A DNA stretch of 64,000 nt, taken from an uncultured virus (IMG/VR IMGVR_UViG_3300031247_000001). Its lineage: Duplodnaviria; Heunggongvirae; Uroviricota; Caudoviricetes. Positions 1 to 9,579 of this stretch are shown in pieces (the stretch's first letter is position 1; the number at the start of each line of letters is the position of its first letter). The notes under the pieces are model-generated. The model made no database searches. It saw only the letters and a list, made by a program, of their open reading frames with translations, and was not told the DNA's origin. The position numbers and the translations under genes are program-made. The stretch lies in the IMG/VR virus record IMGVR_UViG_3300031247_000001. One strand, written 5' to 3'.

Positions 1-615
1 GATGAGTCCGTTCGAGAGCATGCCGCCGCTCTTGGTGGCCGCCGGAGCGACGGCCGGCGTGGGCGCCGCCGGCGCCGTTATAACGGGGGGCTGAGGCTCC
101 GGGCGGAGCGGGGGCACGGGCGCAGGAGCCGCCGGGACTGGCGGAGGAGTGGGCTGGGGCCGAAGCGGAGCCGGGCACACCGGCAGGAGCGCGAGCGCAC
201 AGGACGACCCGGTCGGATCTGCGCCAAGCCCCTTGACCGTCTGCGATGCGTAGCTGCACGCCGCTTGCCAGGCGTCGTGCTGCGCCTGCGTGACGCAGCC
301 CGGATAACCCGGAGGAGTGACGACGCCGGCGGCGCGCGCCGCCGTGTTACCGGCGTTGAGCGTATTTTGATACGCCGTGGACTCTGCCTGCCAGGCACTT
401 AGATCGCGCAGGTAGCCGGCTTGCGCCGAGGCGTAGGCCATGGCGTTCCCGGCGCTCTGCCCAGCGTAGGCTGCGACCGCCTTGTCGTAGGCCGCCTTCT
501 CTTGCAGCCACGCGGCGTGATCGGCCGCGTACGCATCGGAGGCGGCATCTCCCATGCCCCAGAGCGGATGGAGGCGACCGAGCCCCGCAAGTTTTCCCGA
601 TACTGCGTAGCTCAT
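1..615 (-). CDS. Partial Ala/Pro-rich putative virion/membrane protein (MSYAVSGKLAGLG...GMGDAA), runs off the window start
   Basis: Manual translation: ATG at 615 overlaps the upstream stop (TGATG) and the frame is open to position 1. It is absent from the ORF track because it has no stop in the window. Confidence 0.7.
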   Translation of the reverse strand, partial: MSYAVSGKLAGLGRLHPLWGMGDAASDAYAADHAAWLQEKAAYDKAVAAYAGQSAGNAMAYASAQAGYLRDLSAWQAESTAYQNTLNAGNTAARAAGVVTPPGYPGCVTQAQHDAWQAACSYASQTVKGLGADPTGSSCALALLPVCPAPLRPQPTPPPVPAAPAPVPPLRPEPQPPVITAPAAPTPAVAPAATKSGGMLSNGLI

Positions 616-1148
616 CAGCCGATCCTCCAGATTTTTTCAGTCGTCACGCGGCGGAGCATCGTCGCCTCGTCGGTGCCCGCCACCGGATCGCAGATGATCC
701 AGCGCTGAGATTTCGGCTCCTGCACCCGACAGAACACGTGGGCGAAGGAGTTTGGGCGCCCGAAGCCGACGGTCACGTATTCGACCTCGCGTCCGAGCTG
801 CCGGCAGAGCGTGCCGATGAGGAGCGCGATCTCATCGCAGTCCGCGACGGCTTTTCCGTGCTGCACGATCTCCTCGCACATGCGCTCGGGATCTTGCACT
901 TGCTCGACCGCGACGGCGTCGTTCGAGTACTTCACTTTTTCGGCGACGAAATTCCGCACCGCCAAGATTTCCGACAAGTAGTCTTTCGGCGCGATGTCCC
1001 GCACGATGTGGTCCTTCAGCGACCTCACGAGCGTCGACTGCTCGCCGCGCGGGCCGACCGTCATCGAGATCATGAGCAGGATGGTGTCCTGCGGCCCGTG
1101 GAAGGGCTGGATGCTGGTCGGCTGGGTGGCGGCAATGGCAGCGGGCAT
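615..1148 (-). CDS. Transglutaminase-like superfamily protein
   Basis: ADCDEIA, FAHVF and WIICDP give a Cys-His-Asp triad with transglutaminase-like spacing. Confidence 0.75.
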   Translation of the reverse strand: MPAAIAATQPTSIQPFHGPQDTILLMISMTVGPRGEQSTLVRSLKDHIVRDIAPKDYLSEILAVRNFVAEKVKYSNDAVAVEQVQDPERMCEEIVQHGKAVADCDEIALLIGTLCRQLGREVEYVTVGFGRPNSFAHVFCRVQEPKSQRWIICDPVAGTDEATMLRRVTTEKIWRIG

Positions 1149-1208
1149 GGGTCGGCCTACACGAGACCAACCTGAATCGCCCGGAGCGCGCGAACGGTCT
1201 GTGAGGTA

Positions 1209-1243
1209 AGCCTACCCGGGCAGGGGGATCGGCTGCAACTTTT
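1209..1243 (-). promoter_or_regulatory. Conserved promoter AAAAG-TTGCAG-N18-TAGGCT
   Basis: The same motif and spacing recur at about 10 sites; this copy lies upstream of the transglutaminase-like gene. Confidence 0.65.
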
Positions 1244-1530
1244 CGAGCCGAACTTCCGAAACTACATGCCGTGGGCTGCAATGACGCCCTGCACCTGGCG
1301 ATGGTGATCGCAAAATCGGCCCTGTTTCGGTGCCGTGCAGCCCGATCCCGCGACCGGACATTTACCCGCCTGCACGCGGGTGAGCCACCACTCGAAGCCC
1401 TCTTCGGTGAACGCTTGACTTACCGACAGTTCGTAGATCTCGAAGAGCCGCTGTTCCTCCTGCCACAGGAATGGGAGCCCGCGCCAGCAGCGGCGAGCGA
1501 CGGCGGCGTAGTCGGGCTGAGCCGGGGCGC

Positions 1531-1839
1531 TCAAGATTCGCTCACGCTCACCACGTGCGTTTCTACCCAGACGCCGTCGCGGACAACGCAATCAGCGTCT
1601 ATCCAGCTCTTGCAGGCCTTGCACTGAGTCATCATTCCGGTCTCCCCGTCGAGCAGACGCAAGAGTCCCGGATCTTTCGCAGGGTACATCTGGTCGAGCC
1701 GAGACAACTCAGGAGCGGGCTGTCCCTGCGTCCAGGTGTACATGAGGCACGGGCCGCCCTTGCCTTGCCAACCGTCGAGCGATGCGCCGCACGGGCAGGA
1801 GATCGCCGGCACCGGCACGTAGCAATCGAACATGCCCAT
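1531..1839 (-). CDS. Small Cys-rich hypothetical protein
   Basis: CPC and CKAC motifs; coupled to neighbouring ORFs. Confidence 0.5.
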   Translation of the reverse strand: MGMFDCYVPVPAISCPCGASLDGWQGKGGPCLMYTWTQGQPAPELSRLDQMYPAKDPGLLRLLDGETGMMTQCKACKSWIDADCVVRDGVWVETHVVSVSES

Positions 1840-2151
1840 TTTACTTGCGAAGCCCCTTCACTTCTTGCCGATGAGCCACCACGCGCGCCGTCAACCGATC
1901 TTGCGCGGTCGGCAATGGCGGAACGGCAGCAGCCCGATCTCGCACACGATACCGACCTAAACCGCGGCGGCGCTCTCCGCGGTCCTTGTGGTTCGTGTAC
2001 TTACCGAGTTCGGGCTTCATCAAAACTCTCCGAGCCGGATCCTTTGTTTCATGCAGGATTTATCTCGAGCGACCATCACGACACTCGAGCCACGAGTACC
2101 CCTACCTGGGCTCTCCCCAGGTCAGCATCCGGATCCGGCCGGAGAGATCTT

Positions 2152-4680
2152 TCATTTGAGCTTCTTTTTCAGCTCGTCGAAGAGCGCACGGAGGTATTTC
2201 TTACCGTCACGGCGCAGGAAGGGGGAGTTCGGGTCGCCGGAGCGCTGGATCGCCAGCACGACTCGCTCGGCGTCGATGGTGCCAACGAGGTTTGCGACCA
2301 CCTCAGGGCCCCATTGCTGCATGATCCCGTCGGCGAGCGCCGGCACCGGTACCTGCCCCTCGTAGGGCGGACGGAGCATGCTCTCGGCCTGCAAGATCTC
2401 TTGGTCTTCCTTGAGCACTGCCGCATCGACGCCCGGCGGGATTGAGGCCGGGGCCGGAGGCGCTGCGGGGGGCGGTGGCGGCGCTGACTGAGCCGGGGGC
2501 GATGTTGGCGGCAGGCTCGGCGCCTGCGCGAGCTGATGCACCTGAGGGGCAGGCTCGTGGTACTGCGGCTCGGGCTGCATGACCGGTCGCGGCGGCTGCT
2601 GCATGGGGGCTGGAGCGGGCGCGGGATGGGCCGGAGTAAACGGCTGCACGTACTGCGGCTGGGGCGCCACCACGAACGGATCCCCTCCGTGATTGATGGG
2701 GGCCGATCCCACTTCCGACATGTGCCGCGGCACGAACCCACCGCCACCATCGATCGCGCGGCGACGGTGCGCCGGCGGAAGCGCGGGGGCACCGAGCCCG
2801 GCACCGGCCTGCTCGATCATGTCCTGCCGGCCCTGCAGGCGCGCGGCCTGCACTTCGGCCGCGCTCCGCTGCTTCACCATGGCGCTAACGCTCTCGATGA
2901 CGCCGGGCAGGTTTTGCAGGAGCCCGCCGCCCATCTTCATGAGCATCTGACCGATCGTCTCGGGTTCGGCGCCTATGGCTTCCGAAGCATCGACCATACC
3001 GAGCGCCACGGCGGTCTCTTTGACCTGCGTGATTCTCCCAACCACGTCCTTATTTTCTTCGGCGTCCTGCTTATAGCGCTCCACGTCGGCCGCCGTGCGC
3101 TTGACTTCGCCGCGCGCCACCGAGAGCTGCATCTCATACGAGGCTTTCAAGGATTCAGTCGCCATCTGGTGCTGAGCCTTGAGCGAGCTCATATCGCGCT
3201 CGTGGTTTCGGATCTCGGCCGCCATCGCAACCTCGTGACTCCGCGCCTCGGCGGCCGTCGTGGTCGCGTGCTGGTGCTGCAGATCGTTCACGCGGCGATC
3301 GGCTTCTTCCTTGGCGCGTTGCACTTCGCGATCGGTGCGGTCCCGCAAATCGCGCTCGAGTTGCGCCGTGCGCGCTTCGGATTCTTTGATGCGCGCATCG
3401 GCGCGCGATTCTGCTTCCTTGACTAGCTTGTCACTGCGATCGCGCTCGTCCTTAACGCGCTGCTCGGCGCGATCATGGTCTTCTTTGCTCTGTCGGCTCA
3501 AGCGATCGATTTCGCGCGCGTGCTCGGCGCGGAGCGCCGTGAGCGCTTCGGCGGACCCTTGATTGTCGCCATGGAGGTTTTTGCTGAGGAGGAGCGCTGT
3601 CTCGAGCTGGTCGCGCTCGGGCTTTTTCGCAGCGAGCTTTTCTTCGTACTCTTTTCGCTGCGCGGCCATGTCCTGCTGATGCTGGCGCTGGAGCTCCAGC
3701 ACCTCGCGCCGAAAATCGGCCTGTGCCTCAGCCTGAGCTTGGCCCATCTCAGCGAGCTGTTTGGCGATCGAATTTTGCTCGCGCTCGCGCTCTTTCCGTT
3801 GCTGCTCTTCGCGGTCGCGCTGAGCCTTCTCTTTGTTCTCCTGGCGCTCTTCGCGTGTGAGCTGCGCCTCGGTCTCGATCTTGGCGACGCTGGCATCGGC
3901 CATGGATGCGGGCCCGCGGCGACCTCCGGTGATGTATCCTTGCGTGGACTGGGTCATGTCGGCCTCGTCATCGTACACTTCACCTTCAGAACTTGGAATA
4001 CCTGGAAACGTAACCATGAGCGGCTCGGTGAGGGCCTTCGGCCGCACGCGGCCGTCCGCATCCATGACCCCGCCGCGCGGGGGAGGCCCATACACGATGA
4101 GCTTGTAGGTGCCGCCGCCATAGATTTGCTGCCAGTCCGCAAAAGACAGCGGACCCGTGATCGGGCGCATGACGCCGGCCACCTTGCGGCCGCTGAAGAG
4201 CTTCGGATCTTTGCGCTCGACGTAAATATACTGATTGACCCCATCGAGTCCCGGAAACCGGCTAAACAGATCGACCAGCGTCTGGGGCGGGGAAGCAGCG
4301 GACACGAAGTCCGGCGGCGCATCTTCGGTCGCGATGACCGGACTCACGGTCATGCCGACGCGCTTCTGCACGTCGGGCTCGGGGTGGGGCACCGCGCCGT
4401 CTCCCTCCGCGAAGAGTTCGATGCGACCGGCGAGATCTTGCGGCGACGGCAGCGCCGTGCCCTCCGCCTCCGCCATCGCCTGCATAAACTCCGGGTGCTG
4501 CTCGGCGACTTCGACGACCTCGCGCGACAGGTGCTTCTTCGCGACATCGTCTATCGAACGCGGATCCTCCCTCGCCACCCGCTCCACGCGCACGAGGCGC
4601 TCCCCTCCCACCTCGATCGTATCGGATGGGTCAGGCACAAGCCGGCGCTTGGAGTGGGGGGCGGGGGAAGGGGTCGACAT
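2152..4680 (-). CDS. Large coiled-coil protein with Pro/Gln-rich C-terminal linker (842 aa)
   Basis: Long E/Q/R/K heptad-like region followed by a Pro-rich segment; natural composition and an overlapped start. Confidence 0.75.
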   Translation of the reverse strand: MSTPSPAPHSKRRLVPDPSDTIEVGGERLVRVERVAREDPRSIDDVAKKHLSREVVEVAEQHPEFMQAMAEAEGTALPSPQDLAGRIELFAEGDGAVPHPEPDVQKRVGMTVSPVIATEDAPPDFVSAASPPQTLVDLFSRFPGLDGVNQYIYVERKDPKLFSGRKVAGVMRPITGPLSFADWQQIYGGGTYKLIVYGPPPRGGVMDADGRVRPKALTEPLMVTFPGIPSSEGEVYDDEADMTQSTQGYITGGRRGPASMADASVAKIETEAQLTREERQENKEKAQRDREEQQRKEREREQNSIAKQLAEMGQAQAEAQADFRREVLELQRQHQQDMAAQRKEYEEKLAAKKPERDQLETALLLSKNLHGDNQGSAEALTALRAEHAREIDRLSRQSKEDHDRAEQRVKDERDRSDKLVKEAESRADARIKESEARTAQLERDLRDRTDREVQRAKEEADRRVNDLQHQHATTTAAEARSHEVAMAAEIRNHERDMSSLKAQHQMATESLKASYEMQLSVARGEVKRTAADVERYKQDAEENKDVVGRITQVKETAVALGMVDASEAIGAEPETIGQMLMKMGGGLLQNLPGVIESVSAMVKQRSAAEVQAARLQGRQDMIEQAGAGLGAPALPPAHRRRAIDGGGGFVPRHMSEVGSAPINHGGDPFVVAPQPQYVQPFTPAHPAPAPAPMQQPPRPVMQPEPQYHEPAPQVHQLAQAPSLPPTSPPAQSAPPPPPAAPPAPASIPPGVDAAVLKEDQEILQAESMLRPPYEGQVPVPALADGIMQQWGPEVVANLVGTIDAERVVLAIQRSGDPNSPFLRRDGKKYLRALFDELKKKLK

Positions 4681-5165
4681 CAGTTGGCGGGCTCGTCGTC
4701 TTCGTCTTCTTCGTCGACTTCTTCGGCCGTCACCTCGTCGATGAAGGCGACCGCCGTCACGGCACGCTTCTCGAGATCGGCCAGCGCTTCAGCGCTGAGC
4801 GGAGTCTTCGACTGGAGCGCCGCCGCGAGCGCGATGACGGTGTCCTTCAGACGCTGTGCGTCCTCGGGCAGCAACATCGATCCGCCCTCACCGAGGTTTT
4901 CTTTGATCTCCTCGAGCTCGGTGTCGATCTCGGCGCCCCACTCGAAGTGGTCACTGTGCGCACGGAAAGCGTACAGCGACACGTCGGCGAGGATCGAAAA
5001 CATCTCCCCCACTTCGCCGGCGAGCACTGCGGGGTCGGCGAGCGCGCCCTGCGTGAGCTTCTTCTGGAATGACGCCTGCGCATCTTTCGCGTCGCTCGCG
5101 AGCCCGCGAAGGAGCTCGAGCACATCATCGGGGGGCGGTGGAACTGCTGCTACTGCTTTTGACAT
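4680..5165 (-). CDS. Acidic helical hypothetical protein
   Basis: ORF with a GGAG-like RBS, translationally coupled to the next gene. Confidence 0.65.
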   Translation of the reverse strand: MSKAVAAVPPPPDDVLELLRGLASDAKDAQASFQKKLTQGALADPAVLAGEVGEMFSILADVSLYAFRAHSDHFEWGAEIDTELEEIKENLGEGGSMLLPEDAQRLKDTVIALAAALQSKTPLSAEALADLEKRAVTAVAFIDEVTAEEVDEEDEDDEPAN

Positions 5166-5177
5166 GGGGTCTCCGTT

Positions 5178-5900
5178 TTATTTTGCATTACCGAGCACGC
5201 CGAGCGAGCCCGCTTCTTTTGCGAGCTCCGCGTCGACATCGAAACTGCCTGCCTGGATCCGCTCGTTGGCTTGCTGCACCTTGAGCGCATCGAAGTCGTC
5301 CAAGATCTGCTCGGACTCGAGGTGGCGCGGTGAGCGGATGCTGCAGGCGAAGATCGCCGCGTCCCCGACCGAGTAGTACTCGCCGGTCTCCGAGCGCTGC
5401 GCCATGCACGAGCGCGTGAGGAAGCGCCTCGAGCGATCCGCCGAGATGTCGGTCTGCATGCGGAGGTAGTGAGCGCAGGCGGGGCGGATGGGCTCGACCC
5501 AGGCAACCGAAATCAATGCACCCCCTCGGCGAATGTCTAGGGTCGTCAATTTCGTCGACATATGATCGCACTTGCGATCTGGGTAGGTGGCGTTCACGAC
5601 CTCCATGAGCCGCTGGATCTCCACGAAATACTCGCCATTCGAGAGCCGCGACACGTCCTTCGGCTCGAAGCTCACCCAGATCGACCCATCGGAGTTCCGG
5701 ATGACGAAGCTCCGCTTGTCCTCCATGCACACGAGCGTGTCGACCGCGAGCGGCGGGGGGCGGTCTTCGTTGTCGGGAGCGACCGGCACCGGCATGCGGT
5801 CGACCGGGTCGATCCCGAAGGTGACCGGCACCTCCGAGCCCTGATGAAGCTCTTCGTCAGGGCGCGGCGCCGTGAACTTCCCAAAGTCGTCTTGTGACAT
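5178..5900 (-). CDS. Hypothetical protein with Cys/His cluster
   Basis: ORF in operon; start taken at MSQDD. Confidence 0.6.
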   Translation of the reverse strand: MSQDDFGKFTAPRPDEELHQGSEVPVTFGIDPVDRMPVPVAPDNEDRPPPLAVDTLVCMEDKRSFVIRNSDGSIWVSFEPKDVSRLSNGEYFVEIQRLMEVVNATYPDRKCDHMSTKLTTLDIRRGGALISVAWVEPIRPACAHYLRMQTDISADRSRRFLTRSCMAQRSETGEYYSVGDAAIFACSIRSPRHLESEQILDDFDALKVQQANERIQAGSFDVDAELAKEAGSLGVLGNAK

Positions 5901-5902
5901 TG

Positions 5903-6472
5903 TCAACCTTTTTCTGCCGTCCGCTGGGGCGCATCAATGTCAGTGCGTACCCTTGGTATACCGGAGCGTTCGAGGGCCGGCCGGACGTGCCTCTCCACGA
6001 ACTCCTCGTGCGCCTCCCGAATGATACTTGGTACCTCAACCCCGAGGCCTGCGGCCGCGAGCCGGTGGTGGAGCTCCGCGAGCCCGCTCATCATCATGGC
6101 CTGGGCATTGCCGTGCGCGATCGACTGCTCGTCGTAGAGCGAGCACCAGGTATCTCGCTCTTTCAGGATGCCTTCAATGCGGGAGCGGTACTCTTCGGCT
6201 CGGCGCTGGTAATCCTGGCGCTCGCGGGTGGTCTGGGTGAGCTGCCCGCTCAAATCCTCGACCAAAGCGTCGAATTGCTTCGAATGCGCGAGGCATTGGC
6301 TGGCGTGACTCATCGCGTCATCGCGTTCCCGGGTGAGATCTTCGATCCGGATGAGCTGCGCCTCACTCTTTTGGGCGTTACTCCGGGCGTACCGTCCCCA
6401 CGCCAACCAACCAATGGTTAACCCGATCAGCGTTCCGACAAGAAACAGACCAAAGCATGCGGATAGCGGCAT
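5903..6472 (-). CDS. Membrane-anchored coiled-coil protein
   Basis: N-terminal hydrophobic helix followed by coiled coil. Confidence 0.6.
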   Translation of the reverse strand: MPLSACFGLFLVGTLIGLTIGWLAWGRYARSNAQKSEAQLIRIEDLTRERDDAMSHASQCLAHSKQFDALVEDLSGQLTQTTRERQDYQRRAEEYRSRIEGILKERDTWCSLYDEQSIAHGNAQAMMMSGLAELHHRLAAAGLGVEVPSIIREAHEEFVERHVRPALERSGIPRVRTDIDAPQRTAEKG

Positions 6473-6526
6473 TTGTCGAGACTTTCCTACGTTTCACGTG
6501 CAAAAAGATCTGTGCAGTGTGGCGAT

Positions 6527-6793
6527 CTAGTCGAGCGATTGCCCGGCGAGCGCCTTGTGTTCTTCTCGGATGATGGCCTGGCAGCGATCTTCGGCGTCGG
6601 GCTCGCTCTCCCAGGCTACGAGGATGAGGATGGCCATGCTCGCGCCCATGACGGGGTGCTCCAGCTCGAACACCGAAAACGGAGCTGGCCCAGTCGCGTC
6701 TTCCCCGTCGACAGCCACCATGGCGATGCTCCCGCCGTGGGCGAGCGCGGCGCGCGCGGCCGTCCGGAATAGCGCCTCTTCTTCGGTGGTCAA
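6527..6793 (-). CDS. Hypothetical protein
   Basis: ORF overlapping the stop of the RuvC-like gene. Confidence 0.45.
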   Translation of the reverse strand: MTTEEEALFRTAARAALAHGGSIAMVAVDGEDATGPAPFSVFELEHPVMGASMAILILVAWESEPDAEDRCQAIIREEHKALAGQSLD

Positions 6794-7326
6794 AGCTGTT
6801 CTTCCTTGAAAATGACGCCGCCAGTCAGCGCGACCGCGACCGCGAGCACGCTTTTCTTGTCCTCGGTGTCGAGCGGCTCAGAAATCGACCGGTTACAGAC
6901 TCGGAGCCAGCTCTCTCGGTGGGCGGGCTCGAGTATTTCCTGCATTCGTAGCTCATCCATCTCCACCGTCGGGATCTGAAAGCGGCGACCGAGGTGGGTG
7001 AGCATCAAGCTGACGGCCTTGACGTGTTCGGGGGGCTCTTTGGGGTTACAGGGCGGCCCAATGGCGAGCGCGGCCCACGGCTTCTTGGCGCGCCCGGAGG
7101 GGACCAAGATCCGCTCGAAGACGACCTCCAAAATCAGGTGGTGGACATACGCTTTTTTTGTGAGCTCGACTAGCCCCCTGAGGAATCCCGCCTCATCGTC
7201 GCGCCCGGGGAGCTTGGGACCGAGGAGCACGTCCTTATCGAGCACCATCGTCGGGGCGTCGCGCGAAAACTCCAGCACCGCGTAGGTGAGCGCCTTGAGA
7301 CCGGGAGCGACGCCAATGACGATCAT
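6790..7326 (-). CDS. RuvC/RNase H-fold resolvase-like protein, apparently catalytically degenerate
   Basis: MIVIGVAPG..TYAVLE resembles RuvC MIILGIDPG..GYGVI, and the C-terminal DKKSVLAVA resembles DAADALAIA. Confidence 0.55.
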   Translation of the reverse strand: MIVIGVAPGLKALTYAVLEFSRDAPTMVLDKDVLLGPKLPGRDDEAGFLRGLVELTKKAYVHHLILEVVFERILVPSGRAKKPWAALAIGPPCNPKEPPEHVKAVSLMLTHLGRRFQIPTVEMDELRMQEILEPAHRESWLRVCNRSISEPLDTEDKKSVLAVAVALTGGVIFKEEQL

Positions 7327-7415
7327 TCAGGCGCGGGCATCCCGGGTCATGCTAGCCGAGCAGCCTAGCGCCTGGGGGCGCAGGCGGTCAACTGTGCAGT
7401 GGCAACATTGCCGAC

Positions 7416-7691
7416 TCAGGCAGGGTGGCTTGCGAGCAAGATCTCCACGTCGACACCCTGAATCCCAAACGCTGACAGCTGCTGAATGGCCGCGCTGATC
7501 TGCGGGGGCAGTTCGATCTGATCAACCAATTCCGCCTTGTCCGCAGCCGAATCGTACAACCCCAGGCACTCGCGAATCCGCTCGCGCGCTTGCGGCAAGC
7601 TGTTTCCCTGAGTGTGGCAACCAGGAATCGCCGGGATCTGCACGAACCACACCCCATCCTCCCACTCGTACCTGACCACGTACTTTGCCAT
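7416..7691 (-). CDS. HicB-like antitoxin domain protein (solitary)
   Basis: EDGVWFVQIPAIPGCHTQGNSLPQARERIRECL matches the HicB N-terminal signature. Confidence 0.8.
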   Translation of the reverse strand: MAKYVVRYEWEDGVWFVQIPAIPGCHTQGNSLPQARERIRECLGLYDSAADKAELVDQIELPPQISAAIQQLSAFGIQGVDVEILLASHPA

Positions 7692-7959
7692 GGCCCCAAG
7701 GCATGCACCGAGCGCTACCCATCGTCAAGCAGCGGTAGCTCGCTCGCACCTAGTCGCCAAAAACTCGAGCCACCCGGTCATCCCCTCGTCCCGGAGGCAA
7801 CTCGAGCAGTACCCCTGCTCGCAGCCGCACGGGGCGACGAGCAGGGTCAGCGCTTGGGCGGGATGCACGGAGAGGCAGCGGTAGCAGCGGGCGGTGTTCC
7901 AGGGGCGAGCCATTCATTCAGTGTGCAGAGGGCGCGGCGTCCGCACAAGGGCCGCGCGG

Positions 7960-8508
7960 TCAAGCAATGACCGGGCTATCCCGCAAGCGCGCGAGCGCGG
8001 CGGCGACGATCTGACTCATGCGCGGCGCAGAAACTCCGAGCTCGCTCGCGATTTCTTTCTGCGGCTTCCCCGCGAAGAGCGCTTCCATCACTACTCGATG
8101 CCGCCTTGGCAGTCGCGCAAGCGCTGCGTGAAGAGACCGACACTCCTGGTTCTTCGCTGCGACCTCTTCCGGCGATGCCACCGACGACTGCAGCTCGAAA
8201 AAGTCGATCTCCTCGATCCAGCCGATCCGAGGCATCGGCTCCCCGCGCGCAGCCGAGTCCTGCCGCGCTCGTCGGCTGAGCCAATCCTGCCGCCGAAGCT
8301 CGTCAATGATGGCGCCGCGCACGCGCTTGCGCATGTACCATTCAAAACTCTCGTCCCGCCGCGCGTTGACTGCTTGCCAGAGACCCAGCATCGCTGCTGC
8401 TTCGAGATCTTCGACGAGCACATTGTGCGGCAGCTTCCGCTTGAAGCCCCGCGCGATGCGCAGAGCCGTCGGCTGATGCTGCCGGAACAGCTCCTCCGCA
8501 GCGGACAT
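7960..8508 (-). CDS. Sigma-70 family, FliA/WhiG-like sigma factor (regions 2 and 4)
   Basis: EDLEAAAMLGLWQA, RVRGAIIDELRRQDW and KEIASELGVSAPRMSQI motifs. Confidence 0.85.
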   Translation of the reverse strand: MSAAEELFRQHQPTALRIARGFKRKLPHNVLVEDLEAAAMLGLWQAVNARRDESFEWYMRKRVRGAIIDELRRQDWLSRRARQDSAARGEPMPRIGWIEEIDFFELQSSVASPEEVAAKNQECRSLHAALARLPRRHRVVMEALFAGKPQKEIASELGVSAPRMSQIVAAALARLRDSPVIA

Positions 8509-8512
8509 CGTC

Positions 8513-8845
8513 CTAGGGAGCGGCCTCATCCGAGCAAGCGTCAGCCGCGTCGCACGAGGTCGCGCGCGCCTGACAGCGTGGGTTCTCGGAGGCGTAGCCG
8601 GAGGACTCGACGTTGTGACAGACCGCTTCGCAGGGCTCAACCTTTGGAGTGGGATCACCCGCCGGGCAGTGGAGAACGCGCAGATGCACGCACATCGCCG
8701 CGCAGTCGGCGTCCGTGCCCGTCGGCAGCGGTCCGTTGTGGTTGACCGGAAGCGGCGGGATCGCCGAGCAGCCGTCTATGAGCGTCCACAAGACGACGAT
8801 GCCCGCCTTCACAGTCAGCCACCCGAGCACGCTCACTGCCTTCAT
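8513..8845 (-). CDS. Small Cys-rich exported/lipoprotein-like protein
   Basis: Hydrophobic N-terminus then GC, with multiple paired Cys; ATGA overlap with the peptidase stop. Confidence 0.55.
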   Translation of the reverse strand: MKAVSVLGWLTVKAGIVVLWTLIDGCSAIPPLPVNHNGPLPTGTDADCAAMCVHLRVLHCPAGDPTPKVEPCEAVCHNVESSGYASENPRCQARATSCDAADACSDEAAP

Positions 8846-9579
8846 AATGCCGCTCCCACATCGAACGCCACAAACCCAAGGCTCGCTCGCACGTACCTCT
8901 CCGTGAACCGGCAGCGCCCATGATCGCGCCAGTTGATGTCGTAGTGGTTGAGGATGCCAAAGGAGCCGTCTGCCGCGTAGTCCTCGATCACCATGGCGTG
9001 ATTGCCGGCGATGGCGCCCGTCGGCGCGTCGATGAGCGTCGGGCCATCGTCCTCCTCGAAGGCCTGGTCGACTTGCCAGGCTCCGATGACCGGGATTCCC
9101 TTGGCGAGCGCGCGGCGCACGCCGTCCACGTCCGCGGCATCGATCGAGTAGTAGCCCCGGAGCCCACGTCGGTCGTAGGCATCGTGGAGCGCCGTCCCGC
9201 TCGGGCGTGCGTTGATGCGGTCCAAGTTGAACGGCCACGCGGCTTCCGAGCAGAGACCGAAGCGCGTCACCGCCGTGCCCATGGCCTCGAAGCTCATGCC
9301 GGCGTCGGTATCCTCGAGACCCATCGAGGCGCGCCCGAGCTTGTACGGGAAGAGCCCGCTCAGGTCGGGGCAGTCGATGTTTTTCTTGAGGCAGGCGAGT
9401 CGAAAGGCCTGAGCCGCCGAGAACCCCAAGCACGCATCCGATGCGCTCTGGAACTTCGCCTGCACCCGCGCGTCGTATACGCTCGCTGAAGGCGGCAACG
9501 CGGAGGCGACGCCGATCAGCACCGAGAGGGGCCGGGTCGTCGGCGCGAAAGGCGCCGCGATAAACCCGCGCCCTCTCAC
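8842..9579 (-). CDS. Papain-like (C1 family) cysteine peptidase
   Basis: Q....ACLGFS (catalytic Cys), GNHAM (His) and ILNHYDINW (Asn); GTGA overlap start. Confidence 0.75.
   Translation of the reverse strand: MRGRGFIAAPFAPTTRPLSVLIGVASALPPSASVYDARVQAKFQSASDACLGFSAAQAFRLACLKKNIDCPDLSGLFPYKLGRASMGLEDTDAGMSFEAMGTAVTRFGLCSEAAWPFNLDRINARPSGTALHDAYDRRGLRGYYSIDAADVDGVRRALAKGIPVIGAWQVDQAFEEDDGPTLIDAPTGAIAGNHAMVIEDYAADGSFGILNHYDINWRDHGRCRFTERYVRASLGFVAFDVGAAL

Noticed and set aside
7272..7283. 12-nt match (CCAGCACCGCGT) between the short-spacer region 59327-59338 and the RuvC-like gene
   Set aside because: A GC-rich 12-mer match in 64 kb on two strands is plausible by chance, and there is no supporting PAM or promoter context.
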